A stretch of DNA of 64,000 nt from an uncultured Gemmatimonadaceae bacterium (GCA_963740355.1 CAVUDW010000003.1:2400001-2464000), one strand, 5' to 3'. Shown: positions 1 to 10,306, numbered from the stretch's first letter. The notes: generated from the letters alone by a model not told the origin. Numbers and translations are program-made.

Positions 1-64
1 TCTTCCAACGATCGGCGTGGCAGCCTTGCCGTTCCGATTTCTCTGTTCGCCTCTGACTCCATCT

Positions 65-1954
65 ATGCATAGCAGATTCTCGCAGCTCGTCCTCGCCGCC
101 AGTGTGCTGGCGTTGACCGCGTGCGGTGGTAAGAAGGGCACGACCCAGCCGCCGGTGACCACGGCGAGCATCACCGTGACGGCCGGTTCCCCGACGCTTT
201 CGGTGGCACAGGGCGCTGCGGGCACCTCCGCCATCACCGTCGGCCGCACCAGTTACAGCGGCGATGTGACGTTGACTGCTGAAAACCTGCCGACCGGCGT
301 GACCGCGGCATTTACGCCAGCGACGCTCAGTGCTGGTGCCACGGCCAGCAGCCTGGCGCTGACGGTATCCGGCACCGCGGCCCTGACGAGCACGAACATC
401 ACCGTGCGCGCGCGCGGCACTGGTGTGACTGACGCAACGGCGAGCGTTGCATTGACGGTCAGTGCCGTCGTGGGTGGCGGCGTGAGCATCGCGCTCAACC
501 CGACCACCGCGTCGATCACCGCTGGCCAGACCGCACAGACGGCTGTCGCCATCACCAAGACCGGCGGCTTCGCCGGCGGCGTGAACATGACGGTCACGGG
601 TGCCCCGACCGGCATGACCACCACGTTCTCCACCTCGAATCCAGTCACCGCAGCCACGGTGAATCTCTCCGTCGCCACGCTGACGTCCGTTACGCCGGGT
701 CCGTACACGCTCACCGTGCGCGCAAACAGCGCAGGTCTGACTGAGGCGACCGCGACCTACGTCGTGACCGTTGGCGCACCGCCGAGCAACAGCGTGAACT
801 GGCGCTTCTGCGACACCGACCTCTATCCGACCTGGTTCGCGTATCAGGACGGCGCGTCGGGCAGTTGGCAGCAGGTGACTGCGACCAGCCCGGGCTTGTA
901 CAACTTCGCCTACGGCCAGCCGCAGATCGGTATCGCGACGGTGTCGACGATTCTCGGCAAGACCGTCACCTCGATCCGCTACTTCGGCTTGTCGGAAGTG
1001 ACGGCGGCCGCCGCGGCAGAATGCACCACCAACCCGGCGCAGGGCACGAAGTCATTGACCGGCACGATCACCGGCTTCGGCCAGGCGACGGAAGTTGGGC
1101 TGGTCTCGATGGGCAACGCGCTCTCGAGCTCCACCAACTCGTCACAGACCGGATTCACGATCAGCAACGTGCCGACTGGCGCTCTCGACCTGGTTGCGAT
1201 TCGCGCCGACATCGTGAGCAGCAGCACGCTGCGCGTGTTGTTGCAGCGCGGGATCAACCCGGCCAGCGGCACGTCACTCGGTGCGCTCGACCTGGCCGGT
1301 GGTGCCTCGTTCGCACCGGTTTCCAGCTCGATCACCGTCAACGCGCCGAACGACGGACCGATCCAGGCGCAGGCTCGCTTCACCACGGCAACCGGTTCTG
1401 GCGCCTCGTTCACGACCGCACAGCTCGCAACGGGTGTGGCCGGCACGTATCAGGGCATCCCAGTCGGATCGTTGCTCGCGACCGACCTGCAGCAGGTGCA
1501 GGCATCACAGCAGGTTGGCACCACGCTGAACCGGTTCATCACGCAGTACATCCGCGGCCCGGCTCCGGTGACGCTCAACATGCAGGCCGATCCGGGTGCA
1601 CCGACGTTGACGAGTGTTGCCAGCGCGCCGTACGCGCGGGCCACTATCTCCGGCGCAGTACCTGCGGCGTTCAATGGCATCGTGCGCTTCTCGCTCGAGC
1701 AGTCGGCGGGCCCGCGAATTTGGACGATCTCCGCAACCCCGGCAGGTCGCGGCGGTTCAGCGACGAGCTACAGCTTCACGATGCCTGACTTCACGGCAGC
1801 CGCCGGCTGGCAGAATACGTGGGGCCTGATCGGTGGCAACACCTCCGTCACCAGCTCGTTCTTCGGATCGACCGGCGCCGGCACCGATGGCGCACCAGTC
1901 ACTGGCGCCGTCTTCTTCACCAACAGTCGCCTCGGCAGCTTCACCTTCCCGTGA
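65..1954 (+). CDS. Thr/Ala/Ser/Gly-rich surface lipoprotein with repeated Ig-like beta-sandwich modules
   Basis: ATG at 65. Lipobox LALTAC. Two similar ~100-aa beta-rich modules (LSVAQGAAGTSAITVGRT.. / ASITAGQTAQTAVAITKT..). Confidence 0.7.
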   Translation: MHSRFSQLVLAASVLALTACGGKKGTTQPPVTTASITVTAGSPTLSVAQGAAGTSAITVGRTSYSGDVTLTAENLPTGVTAAFTPATLSAGATASSLALTVSGTAALTSTNITVRARGTGVTDATASVALTVSAVVGGGVSIALNPTTASITAGQTAQTAVAITKTGGFAGGVNMTVTGAPTGMTTTFSTSNPVTAATVNLSVATLTSVTPGPYTLTVRANSAGLTEATATYVVTVGAPPSNSVNWRFCDTDLYPTWFAYQDGASGSWQQVTATSPGLYNFAYGQPQIGIATVSTILGKTVTSIRYFGLSEVTAAAAAECTTNPAQGTKSLTGTITGFGQATEVGLVSMGNALSSSTNSSQTGFTISNVPTGALDLVAIRADIVSSSTLRVLLQRGINPASGTSLGALDLAGGASFAPVSSSITVNAPNDGPIQAQARFTTATGSGASFTTAQLATGVAGTYQGIPVGSLLATDLQQVQASQQVGTTLNRFITQYIRGPAPVTLNMQADPGAPTLTSVASAPYARATISGAVPAAFNGIVRFSLEQSAGPRIWTISATPAGRGGSATSYSFTMPDFTAAAGWQNTWGLIGGNTSVTSSFFGSTGAGTDGAPVTGAVFFTNSRLGSFTFP

Positions 1955-1982
1955 TGCGCTGAGCAGGGCTGGGCACGACGTA

Positions 1983-2030
1983 AAACGACGGACGGGCATC
2001 TCGATCAATCGAGATGCCCGTCCGTCGTTT
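1983..2030. terminator. Bidirectional intrinsic terminator candidate
   Basis: Perfect 23-bp inverted repeat AAACGACGGACGGGCATCTCGAT-ca-ATCGAGATGCCCGTCCGTCGTTT between convergent genes. Confidence 0.75.
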
Positions 2031-2159
2031 CGCGCCTGCGTGTTTGTCATCCCGCTCACTCATCGCTCGCGTCCCCCAGCGCGCTGGCACCGACGTCTGC
2101 CGTCACGCTGGTCATCGTGCAAACCCGTGCATCCTCAGCGAGACGCGGTCATCATCCGC

Positions 2160-4235
2160 TCACGGCACCGGCGCCGGCCGCGGAATCCCCAACTCTTCCA
2201 TCGGCGGCAGCGTCTTGTTGCGTCGGAATTGCATCATCGCACCGCGAATCTGATCGCTGCGCTGAATCCAGAGCTGCGCCGCCGCATCGTACCGGTTGGT
2301 CAGGTTGCCGAGGTAGGTGGGACGATTCTCGTTGCCCCACGCATGTTCGTAGACCTCGCGACCGAGCACGTACCCTTCCTTCAGGTCACCGATCCGACCG
2401 TTGAGTGGCGACGCGATGTCGTTCAGGTCATTACTCGTTTGCGGATTGATCGGCGTGCTGGCACGCGCATACATCTGCGCGATCTCCTCGGCGAACTGGA
2501 ACTTCATGCCGATGAAGTCGAGGCGGCGCGCTCCGACTTCCATCGCTTCGAGGGCCGCCTGCTCACGCAGGTCCGGCTGCAGTGCCCTCGCCTGTGCGAT
2601 CAGCACCAGTGCCGACTCGGCCTGGATACGCAACGCCTTCAGGCCCGGCCGAATCTTGTTCGACACGATCTGGCCCTCTGCCGACCACGGATCGAGCCAA
2701 TACAACTCACTGCGGCCGTCACTCTGGTTGGTCTGCACCAGTGCGGCATGGGCAGCGCTCAGCTTCTTCTGTGCTTCATCGATCTTGCCGGTGCTGTCGC
2801 CATGGAACACACGACCATACGCGCGCTCGAATTCGGGAATGCTGGACTCCCCAGCCTGCCACCCGGCGGCGGCACCGAACAACACGCCGTACCAGAGCTG
2901 CTCGAAGAGGGCATCGCCGTCGTCATCCCAGTTCGTGTTCAGCACACCGGTCGCACCCATCTTCTGGCCATCGCGCACGAACGCTTGGATGTTGCGCAGG
3001 GCGACGGCGTTGTAGGGATAGACGCGGTTCCAGTTGTTCACGCCAGGCGCCACCCACGTCTCCATGCCGGCGTCCGCAAACGGCTTCAGGCAACGCTCGA
3101 AACCATTGAATGACCAATAGTCCCAGCACACCGCCACCATCTCCTTCGGCAGGATGCCCACCAGCTGCGGCGATTCCATTGCGATGTCGGCCCAGAACAT
3201 CAGTCGCTTGCCATTCGGCTTCAGCGCGGTGTTGATGTCCTTCACGAACTGCAGATAGACCTTCCCCAGCCCCTCGGCGCGCACGCGGTCGCGCGTCTGA
3301 CCGCGGCCCAGTTCCACCGTCTCGTCAGCGCCGATGTGCACGAAACGTGAAGTGAACAGGGAGTCGATCTCGGCGAACCAGGACTTGATCAGCTCCATCG
3401 AACCGGGGTTGTTCGGCGACAACACATGGCCGTGCGGCGTCTCGGCCAGTGGCGCGTAGATCTCGTACTTCAGCACATGATGCAGATGGCCGAACGCCTC
3501 CTGCTCCGGGATCACGTCGATGTGGTACTTCGCGGCGTAGGCAATCAGCTCGCGGACATCCTCGCGTGTCATGGCACCACGCGGCGGCGCGATCAGTGGA
3601 TTGGCGGAGTAGGCGAGCGAGTGTTCGTAATACGGGGAATAGGTGTTGAGCTTGAAGGCTGCGAAGCGGCGGATCTGGGCCTTCTGGTAGGCCAGCGTCG
3701 GGACCGGGCCGCGCGACAGGTCGTCATGGAAGCCGCGGTATTTCATCGCTGGCCAATCGCGGATCGTGGCGGCCTGCAACACGGCAGCGGTGCCGGTTCC
3801 GGTGATCAGCTGCTTCAGCGTTTGCACACCGTAAAAGACGCCGCGCGAATTGGCCGCGATGACATGCGCTGCGCTGGAATCCGCGAGCAGCAGGTATCCC
3901 TCGGCCGACATCGCCGAATCGAAGGTCATCTTGTGGTCGCGCATCACCTGCTGCGCGCGCGCGGTGCCCAGTCGAATCAGCTCGACGCGGAATCGTCCGG
4001 CACCGCCTGTGGTGTCGACGCGGATCCGGCGTTCGGCCATCGACTCGGCGAGGTCGCGAGCCGTGAACGCATCGTCGGCGCCCGCAGTGTGCAGCACCGA
4101 GATCCCGGCCGGCAGCGCCACACGCGTGCCACGCACCACTTCTCGGGGGAGCGGGATGAGGGGAATCGGCGCCGTCTGCGCGGCGAGAGGGGCTGCGACT
4201 GAGGCGCAGAACAGAAGGGAGGCGAGTAAGCGCAT
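2160..4235 (-). CDS. GH20 beta-N-acetylhexosaminidase, secreted
   Basis: Signal peptide. GH20 motifs EGY, GVFYGVQTL, IRDWPAMKYRG, catalytic HIGADE. Start ATG 4235 (alternative GTG 4250). Confidence 0.88.
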   Translation of the reverse strand: MRLLASLLFCASVAAPLAAQTAPIPLIPLPREVVRGTRVALPAGISVLHTAGADDAFTARDLAESMAERRIRVDTTGGAGRFRVELIRLGTARAQQVMRDHKMTFDSAMSAEGYLLLADSSAAHVIAANSRGVFYGVQTLKQLITGTGTAAVLQAATIRDWPAMKYRGFHDDLSRGPVPTLAYQKAQIRRFAAFKLNTYSPYYEHSLAYSANPLIAPPRGAMTREDVRELIAYAAKYHIDVIPEQEAFGHLHHVLKYEIYAPLAETPHGHVLSPNNPGSMELIKSWFAEIDSLFTSRFVHIGADETVELGRGQTRDRVRAEGLGKVYLQFVKDINTALKPNGKRLMFWADIAMESPQLVGILPKEMVAVCWDYWSFNGFERCLKPFADAGMETWVAPGVNNWNRVYPYNAVALRNIQAFVRDGQKMGATGVLNTNWDDDGDALFEQLWYGVLFGAAAGWQAGESSIPEFERAYGRVFHGDSTGKIDEAQKKLSAAHAALVQTNQSDGRSELYWLDPWSAEGQIVSNKIRPGLKALRIQAESALVLIAQARALQPDLREQAALEAMEVGARRLDFIGMKFQFAEEIAQMYARASTPINPQTSNDLNDIASPLNGRIGDLKEGYVLGREVYEHAWGNENRPTYLGNLTNRYDAAAQLWIQRSDQIRGAMMQFRRNKTLPPMEELGIPRPAPVP

Positions 4236-4347
4236 GCCGAAATGTGCCACGACGCGCCCGACAAGTGATGCCTCTCCGCGGTCGGCGCCACCTCGCGCGG
4301 CGTCGGGCCGCCGGGATCGCGTGCCTACAGGCGACTACCTTGTCCGA

Positions 4348-4944
4348 ATGGTCCTCGACATTCCAGCCGGCGAGTTCGCCGCATACCTGTTCGACCTCGA
4401 TGGGACGCTGATCGATTCCATGCCGGTGCACCTGCGTGCATGGGCCATCGCGATGGAACGCGCCGGCCTGCGCGTGCCCTTCGATGCGGAATATTTCTAC
4501 TCGCTGGGCGGCGTGCCTACGCTCGAGTCAGCGGTGATCTTCAGCGAACATTACGGCGTGCCGATCGAGCCGCATCGCTTCGTCGAGGAGAAGGAGCAGC
4601 TCTATCTCGACCTGCTCAGCGAGGTACGGTTGATCGAGCCCGTGGCCGCGTTTGCGCGACGAGTGGCCGAAACCCATCCGGTGGCCATCGTCACCGGCGG
4701 CGGGCCCGAGATTGCCTATCCGGCACTCGATGCGACCGGCCTGCGCGCACTCTTTCCGGTGGTGATCACGCCGGAGGATGTGGCGCCAGGTCGCGGCAAA
4801 CCGGCGCCAGACATGTTCCTGCTGGCCGCAGCACGACTCGGAGCTCCGCCGACGGACTGCCTGGTCTTCGAGGATGCCGTACCCGGCATCGAGGCCGCGA
4901 AGGCCGCCGGGATGCAGGTCGTGCGCGTGCCACGCACGCAATAG
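4348..4944 (+). CDS. HAD-family phosphatase (YqaB/beta-phosphoglucomutase-like)
   Basis: FDLDGTLIDS motif I, GKPAPD, VFEDA..GIEAAKAAGM. True start ATG 4348, inside the longer ORF. Confidence 0.88.
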   Translation: MVLDIPAGEFAAYLFDLDGTLIDSMPVHLRAWAIAMERAGLRVPFDAEYFYSLGGVPTLESAVIFSEHYGVPIEPHRFVEEKEQLYLDLLSEVRLIEPVAAFARRVAETHPVAIVTGGGPEIAYPALDATGLRALFPVVITPEDVAPGRGKPAPDMFLLAAARLGAPPTDCLVFEDAVPGIEAAKAAGMQVVRVPRTQ

Positions 4945-4959
4945 AACGGCCCTGCGGCT

Positions 4960-5817
4960 CTACAGCGCTGCGGCGCCGTTCCGCACGCTGGCGATGTAGT
5001 CGGCACGCAGCATCATCGTCATCGCACCGGGAGATCCACTCCCGATCGCGACGCCATCCACACCCACGATCGGCATCACGAATGCCGTCGCGGCAGTGAC
5101 GAACAGTTCATCGGCCGCGAGCAATTCGTCGGTCGTGACACTCCGTTCGACGATTGGGATGTTGTGCTTCGCCGCCAGTGCGAACACCCGCTCGCGGGTG
5201 ATGCCCGGCAGCACTTCGGTGCCGAGCGGATGCGTGATCAGCACGCCGTCCTTCACCATGAATACCGTGGCAGCGCCACCCTCCGTGAGGTGGCCATCCT
5301 GCACCATCAGCGCCTCGAATGCGTTCGCCGCACGTGCGGCCTGCTTCGCGAGTACCTGCGGCAAGAGCGCGATGCTCTTGATGTCGCGCCGGGCCCAACG
5401 CTGGTCGGGCACGAGGATGGCGGTGGCCCCAGCCAGCGCACGCGGGTGTTCGATCACGGCCAGCGGGCGGGCATAGGCGACGATGGTCGGCTTGGCCGTG
5501 ACAGGAAACGCGAAGTCGCGTTCCGCTGGGCCGCGGGTGACCTGCATGTAGACCAACCCTTCCGTGACGTCGTTGCGCGCCGCGAGTTCGACCAGCATGG
5601 CGTGCAGCTCAGCGCGCGCGAGTGGCGCGTCGAGCTGGATCTCGCGTAGCGAGCGATCGAGCCGATCGAGGTGCGGGCCGTCGTCCACGAACCGGCCATC
5701 GACGAGGGCGATCACTTCATAGACGCCGTCGGCAAAGAGAAAGCCGCGGTCGAAGATGGAGACGGTGGCCTCTGCCTCGGGGACGAAGGCGCCGTTGACG
5801 AAGGCGATACGAGTCAT
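4960..5817 (-). CDS. dat: D-amino-acid aminotransferase (PLP class IV)
   Basis: DRGFLFADGVYEV, RWARRDIKS (PLP lysine), LPGITR. Confidence 0.82.
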   Translation of the reverse strand: MTRIAFVNGAFVPEAEATVSIFDRGFLFADGVYEVIALVDGRFVDDGPHLDRLDRSLREIQLDAPLARAELHAMLVELAARNDVTEGLVYMQVTRGPAERDFAFPVTAKPTIVAYARPLAVIEHPRALAGATAILVPDQRWARRDIKSIALLPQVLAKQAARAANAFEALMVQDGHLTEGGAATVFMVKDGVLITHPLGTEVLPGITRERVFALAAKHNIPIVERSVTTDELLAADELFVTAATAFVMPIVGVDGVAIGSGSPGAMTMMLRADYIASVRNGAAAL

Positions 5818-5864
5818 GGGGCAAAGTTACAACCGACGCTGGCTGTCCCGCGTAGTTTGCCACG

Positions 5865-6398
5865 ATGACTTGGTCCTGGTCCGCGCTCTGGGCTGCCGTC
5901 GAGCGCTTTGCCCATGCGCGCGGCGCGGTACCAGCCACCTTTCTCTGGAATTTCGGCCAGGGATCCGTGGTGCCGGGCCCAGCCGAGCTGCTGCTCGTGC
6001 CGCTCGCCATCGCCGATCCACCGCGCGCGTGGCGCCTCGCCATCGCCGCCATGGCGGGATCGATCCTCGGAGGGTGTGTGGCATTCTGGCTCGGTGTCGC
6101 CGCCTTCGCGACCGTCGGCAAGCCGTTACTCGCCCTGCTCGGCGTCAGCGATGCCACCCTTGCCCGTGCGATCGAACTGATGGCACGACATGGCTGGTTG
6201 TTCATCGTCGGCAGCACGTTGACGCCGATCAGCGCCAAGGCCGTGTCCATCGGCGCCGGCGCGGTAGGGATGGCATTCCCACTCTTCGCACTGGCACTGG
6301 CCGCTGGCCGGATAACACGGTTCAGCATCGATGTCCTGCTGCTGCGTGTCAGCGCGGGCGCCGTGCAACGGTTCCGGCGTCGGATGTTCGACCGCTGA
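5865..6398 (+). CDS. YqaA/DedA (VTT-domain) membrane protein
   Basis: SVVPGPAELLLVPL, GSILGG, TPISAKAVSIGAG, GRITRF pattern typical of YqaA. Confidence 0.75.
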   Translation: MTWSWSALWAAVERFAHARGAVPATFLWNFGQGSVVPGPAELLLVPLAIADPPRAWRLAIAAMAGSILGGCVAFWLGVAAFATVGKPLLALLGVSDATLARAIELMARHGWLFIVGSTLTPISAKAVSIGAGAVGMAFPLFALALAAGRITRFSIDVLLLRVSAGAVQRFRRRMFDR

Positions 6399-6413
6399 AC
6401 TCAGTGCCCGTCG

Positions 6414-7031
6414 TCAGCCGGTGACACGCACCTGGCCGCGCTCGACACGCAGCTGGACACTTCCTGCGAGTGTCGCTTCCGTGGCGTCGTGTGTCACGAG
6501 CAGCGTGGTGGTGTCATGCGACGCAGCCCACGAAAGCACCGACTCGCGAATGTGACTGCGCAATGCGCTGTCCATTGCCGCGAACGGCTCGTCGAGCAAC
6601 AGGGTGCGGGGCGACCGAGCCATCGCTCGCGCCAGTGCCACCAGTTGCCGCTCGCCACCACTGAGCGTCGCCACAGGTTTCTCGAGCAACGGGCCCAGTT
6701 CCAGCATCGCGATCAGCGGCAGCACCACGGCAGGTTCCGTCGCACCGTACGACACGTTGTCGGCAACGGAGAGATGCGGAAACAGCCACGCCTGTTGATA
6801 GACCAGCCCGACGTTTCGTCGTTCCGGTGGCTCTCGCGTCACATCGACATCACCGAGGACCACCGTGCCGCTACTGCTGCGCCGCACACCGGCGATCGTC
6901 TCGACCAGCGTGGTCTTGCCCGCACCCGTGGGACCAGTCACGATGCCGACGCCGCCGCGTGGGATCACGAACGTGGCCCGATCGAGTGCAAAACCTGGCA
7001 CACGCACCGTGAGGTCGGTGACGGTGATCAC
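6414..7031 (-). CDS. Oxyanion ABC transporter ATP-binding subunit (WtpC/ModC-like)
   Basis: Walker A GPTGAGKT, LSGGERQ, LLLDEPF. GTG start overlaps the permease stop (GTGA). Confidence 0.85.
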   Translation of the reverse strand: MITVTDLTVRVPGFALDRATFVIPRGGVGIVTGPTGAGKTTLVETIAGVRRSSSGTVVLGDVDVTREPPERRNVGLVYQQAWLFPHLSVADNVSYGATEPAVVLPLIAMLELGPLLEKPVATLSGGERQLVALARAMARSPRTLLLDEPFAAMDSALRSHIRESVLSWAASHDTTTLLVTHDATEATLAGSVQLRVERGQVRVTG

Positions 7032-7816
7032 GCCGACTCCGCCCGCCGCATCGAGCGGACGATGAACAGGATCAGTAGCGCCACGCAGACGAGGACCGCC
7101 GCCACCGGCAGTGCTTCGCGCAGTCCGTACGTGAGGTACCGATCGTAGGCCAGCACACTCGCCACACGTGGATGGTATGCGACCAGCACGATCGCGCCGA
7201 ACTCGCTCGTGGCGCGCGCCCACATCGTGGTCCCGGCGTTGACGATACCGTTGCGCGCCAGTGGCAGCGTGACACGACGCACCGCGCGCCATCGATCATC
7301 ACCCAGCGTGCGTGCCACCGACTCCAGTCGCACATCCACGCGCGCAATCGACTCGCGGGCGCCAAGGATGAAGAGCGGCGCACTCACGACGAGCATGGCC
7401 ACCACGATGCCCAGTGGAGAATTCACGATGGCCAGTCCAATGGGCGCCAGCGCCTTGCCCACGACACTCTCTCGTCCCATCGAGAGCAGGATGGCCATGC
7501 CGATCACTGGATGCGGAATGACCAGCGGCAGCTCCAGCACCGCTTCCACCACGCTGCGCCCCCGAAAGGGCACACGTGCGAGAAGCCAGGCGAGCGGCAG
7601 CCCACCAATGACTGCGAAGAGTGTGGCAGCGGTTGCACTCACCACCGTCAGCAGGATCGCGCCGAGCACGTCGCGGTCGGCGAACGCTGCCGCGATGGCA
7701 CCCAAACCCGCGCCAGCCACCAACGTGCCCACGGGAAGGACCAGCGCGAGGATCACCACCGAACCGAGGAACGTCGCCCCGGCTGTCAGCAACATCCGGG
7801 ACGGCAACCGTCTCAC
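7028..7816 (-). CDS. Oxyanion ABC transporter permease (WtpB/ModB-like)
   Basis: LPLVIPHPVIG, EAA-like loop LESVARTLG, WARATSEFGA. Confidence 0.85.
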   Translation of the reverse strand: MRRLPSRMLLTAGATFLGSVVILALVLPVGTLVAGAGLGAIAAAFADRDVLGAILLTVVSATAATLFAVIGGLPLAWLLARVPFRGRSVVEAVLELPLVIPHPVIGMAILLSMGRESVVGKALAPIGLAIVNSPLGIVVAMLVVSAPLFILGARESIARVDVRLESVARTLGDDRWRAVRRVTLPLARNGIVNAGTTMWARATSEFGAIVLVAYHPRVASVLAYDRYLTYGLREALPVAAVLVCVALLILFIVRSMRRAESA

Positions 7817-8757
7817 TGCACGATGTTGAGTTTCATGCCAAGCGTCACGACCCGCGGTGTGTCGATCACATCGAGACCGATGCGTCGCATGATGCGACGA
7901 CTCGTGGAGTCGAGGAGCCGTTCGCGAAGCACCGTGGCGCCAACGGCGTCAGCCCCGTTGGTGACGACCGCGATCGAGTAGCGAATCGGGGTGCCGGCCA
8001 CTGGAAGCACCTGTCCTGGCTGGCTGCCGCTGATCTGCACCGCGGCACGACGGAAGTAGAGCGAATCCGCTTCGTTGCCGAGGTCGATGTGATCTCCGAT
8101 CCGCACGTACTTGATCTTGAGCGAGCGAGCCAGTGATTCATAGCACCACGCCGCATCGGCGTCACCGCTTTCGAGCAGCGCGGCCAGGTCGGATTCGTTG
8201 CCGCGCAGCAGCGACGTCGGTGATGCCGCTTCCAGCTTCATCGCGAGTCCCGGACGTTGCAGTTCGGTTTCTGCGAGTCGCCACACGATCTGCGTGCGAT
8301 AACCAAGCGGTGCGCGGGCCGGATCCGTACGCGCCACACGCAGCTTGCCGCCGGCCACAATTTCCGACCAGTTCGCACTCGTCACACTGTCCGCGAGTTT
8401 CGAGCGCGGCGACAGAGCCAGCACGATGCGATTGCGCGCGAAGGTGGTACTGGTCGTGACATACGCAGGGATCAACAATCGCTCCAGTTCATCGGCGTCG
8501 GCGGTCACCAGCAGATCCGGGGTGCGACCAAGCGACATCACCGCGCGAATCATCTCGCGCGATCCCATCACCTCCAGCTCCACCCGCGGGCCACCGGTGG
8601 CGGCGATCGAATCGAGCGCAGCCCGGAGCGGTCGCGCCAGGCTCCCGGCGGCAAACACCGTCAGCGTGGGCCGGCTGACGTCGGCGGATGACCCGCACGC
8701 AACCACACCGACCGCCGAAAAAAGCGCCAGCAGAGGAAGAAATTTGAATCTTCTCAT
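7813..8757 (-). CDS. Tungstate/molybdate-binding lipoprotein (WtpA/ModA family)
   Basis: Lipobox VVAC. FAAGSL, GS, PLGYR and ESDL..LLESG motifs. Start ATG 8757. Confidence 0.8.
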   Translation of the reverse strand: MRRFKFLPLLALFSAVGVVACGSSADVSRPTLTVFAAGSLARPLRAALDSIAATGGPRVELEVMGSREMIRAVMSLGRTPDLLVTADADELERLLIPAYVTTSTTFARNRIVLALSPRSKLADSVTSANWSEIVAGGKLRVARTDPARAPLGYRTQIVWRLAETELQRPGLAMKLEAASPTSLLRGNESDLAALLESGDADAAWCYESLARSLKIKYVRIGDHIDLGNEADSLYFRRAAVQISGSQPGQVLPVAGTPIRYSIAVVTNGADAVGATVLRERLLDSTSRRIMRRIGLDVIDTPRVVTLGMKLNIVQ

Positions 8758-9340
8758 ATTAAGAAGATACATCCGTTTTGACGCTAGGGAGAGACACGGC
8801 GCGGTCATCGACAAGACTCCCCGAAACCATCGGTACAACGCCATCGCGCGAATCGCGCGGGCATCCGGATGTGCGGGGAGGCATTGCGACATCAAGCTGG
8901 TGGGAGGCGGCATTCAGCAAACCAGATGGCTGCCGCACTACGTGGTGCACCGACCGGTGCACTGAATGCATGGTAGTCAATTCAGCGTCGAGTGCGAGAT
9001 GTGTTGAATCGGGGATGCCACTGGAATCGGCAGCCGGCCCGAAGAGTCGAGTTCGCTCGAAGGGAGCGGAACGGTCCTTGGACTCGATCCTCAATAGACG
9101 GACAGCGGGAGCAGAATGGACATTGCACACCCACGGCGCTGATGCTTTCTGTTGAGACCGGTATGCGCCCCTGCGAAACGGCACCGTCCCTTCGTTACAC
9201 TGGCGAGCCGACTCAAACACACCGCCGCGCACGCCGGTGGCCGGCTCCTTCGGCAAAAATCGAAACAGCCTCGACACGACAGCGTAGATTCCAGACGCGA
9301 CTATGCCTCTGCTGTCGTGCCTGTCTCCCCACACGCCACC

Positions 9341-10306
9341 ATGTCCGAACTCGCCATCGATATCCGGGGCGTCACCAAGCGATATGCCGAGCATGTCGCC
9401 GTCAGTGACCTCTCACTCCAGGTGCCACGCGGAGCCGTCTACGGCCTCCTTGGGCCGAACGGCGCCGGGAAGACCAGTACGATCCGGATGATCCTCGACA
9501 TCATCGCCCCCGATCAGGGGTCGATCACGCTCTTCGGGAAGAAGCACACCGACGCCGGCGTGCTCGATCGCGTCGGATATCTCCCGGAAGAGCGCGGGCT
9601 CTACAAGAAGATGAAAGTCCGCGACGTGTTGAAGTTCCTCGCGGAGCTCAAGGGCGTCTCCGGCGCCGATGCCGAGGTGCGCATCGGCTTGTGGATGGAG
9701 CGCATGTCGCTCAAGACCGCAGACAAGGACTGGAGCGACAAGAAGGTGGATGAACTGAGCCGCGGAATGCAGCAGAAGGTGCAGTTCATCGGCACCCTGC
9801 TCCACGACCCGGAACTGGTCATCCTCGACGAACCATTCAGCGGCCTCGATCCGATCAACGCGCAGGCGCTGAAGGACACGGTCGTGGAACTGAAGGCCCG
9901 CGGGAAGACCGTCATCTTCAGTACGCACATCATGGAGAACGCCGAGAAGCTGTGCGACTCGGTATGCATCATCGCCAACGGCAAGAAGGTGCTCGATGGT
10001 GCCGTGTCGGATGTGAAGGCTGCACATGCTGGTCGCACCGTCGCCGTCGCATTCGACGGTGCACCCACCACCGCTGTCGAGGCGGTGCTGCGTGATCCGA
10101 CGCTGGTCGCCAGCCGCGACGACCAGAACCGCTTTCTCGAACTCGAGCTGGCGCCGGATGCGTCGAGCGGCACTCTCCTCAAGCGACTGATCGAAGCGGG
10201 TGCGTCCCTGCAGCGATTCGAACGCGTGCAGCCGTCGCTGCATCGCATCTTCCTCGATAAGGTCGGGGCCACCGGTGTTGAAGCGGGGATGAGCGGACAT
10301 GGGTAA
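9341..10306 (+). CDS. ABC transporter ATP-binding protein (NatA/YhaQ-like)
   Basis: GPNGAGKT, GYLPEERGLY, LSRGMQQKVQ, LDEPFSGLDP. Confidence 0.88.
   Translation: MSELAIDIRGVTKRYAEHVAVSDLSLQVPRGAVYGLLGPNGAGKTSTIRMILDIIAPDQGSITLFGKKHTDAGVLDRVGYLPEERGLYKKMKVRDVLKFLAELKGVSGADAEVRIGLWMERMSLKTADKDWSDKKVDELSRGMQQKVQFIGTLLHDPELVILDEPFSGLDPINAQALKDTVVELKARGKTVIFSTHIMENAEKLCDSVCIIANGKKVLDGAVSDVKAAHAGRTVAVAFDGAPTTAVEAVLRDPTLVASRDDQNRFLELELAPDASSGTLLKRLIEAGASLQRFERVQPSLHRIFLDKVGATGVEAGMSGHG

Noticed and set aside
3850..4347. N-terminal extension of the HAD ORF (also the extensions at 9152, 17301, 33125, 45466, 51724 and 61470)
   Set aside because: These overlap neighbouring genes or leaders; better starts with promoters, SD sites, signal peptides or coupled stops lie downstream.
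8758..8950. Moco/Tuco riboswitch upstream of the wtpA-like gene
   Set aside because: Only a GCCTCCC fragment matches; the GGAAAC and GGAAAGGAG elements are absent, and a -10 box 6 nt before the ATG suggests no 5' UTR.
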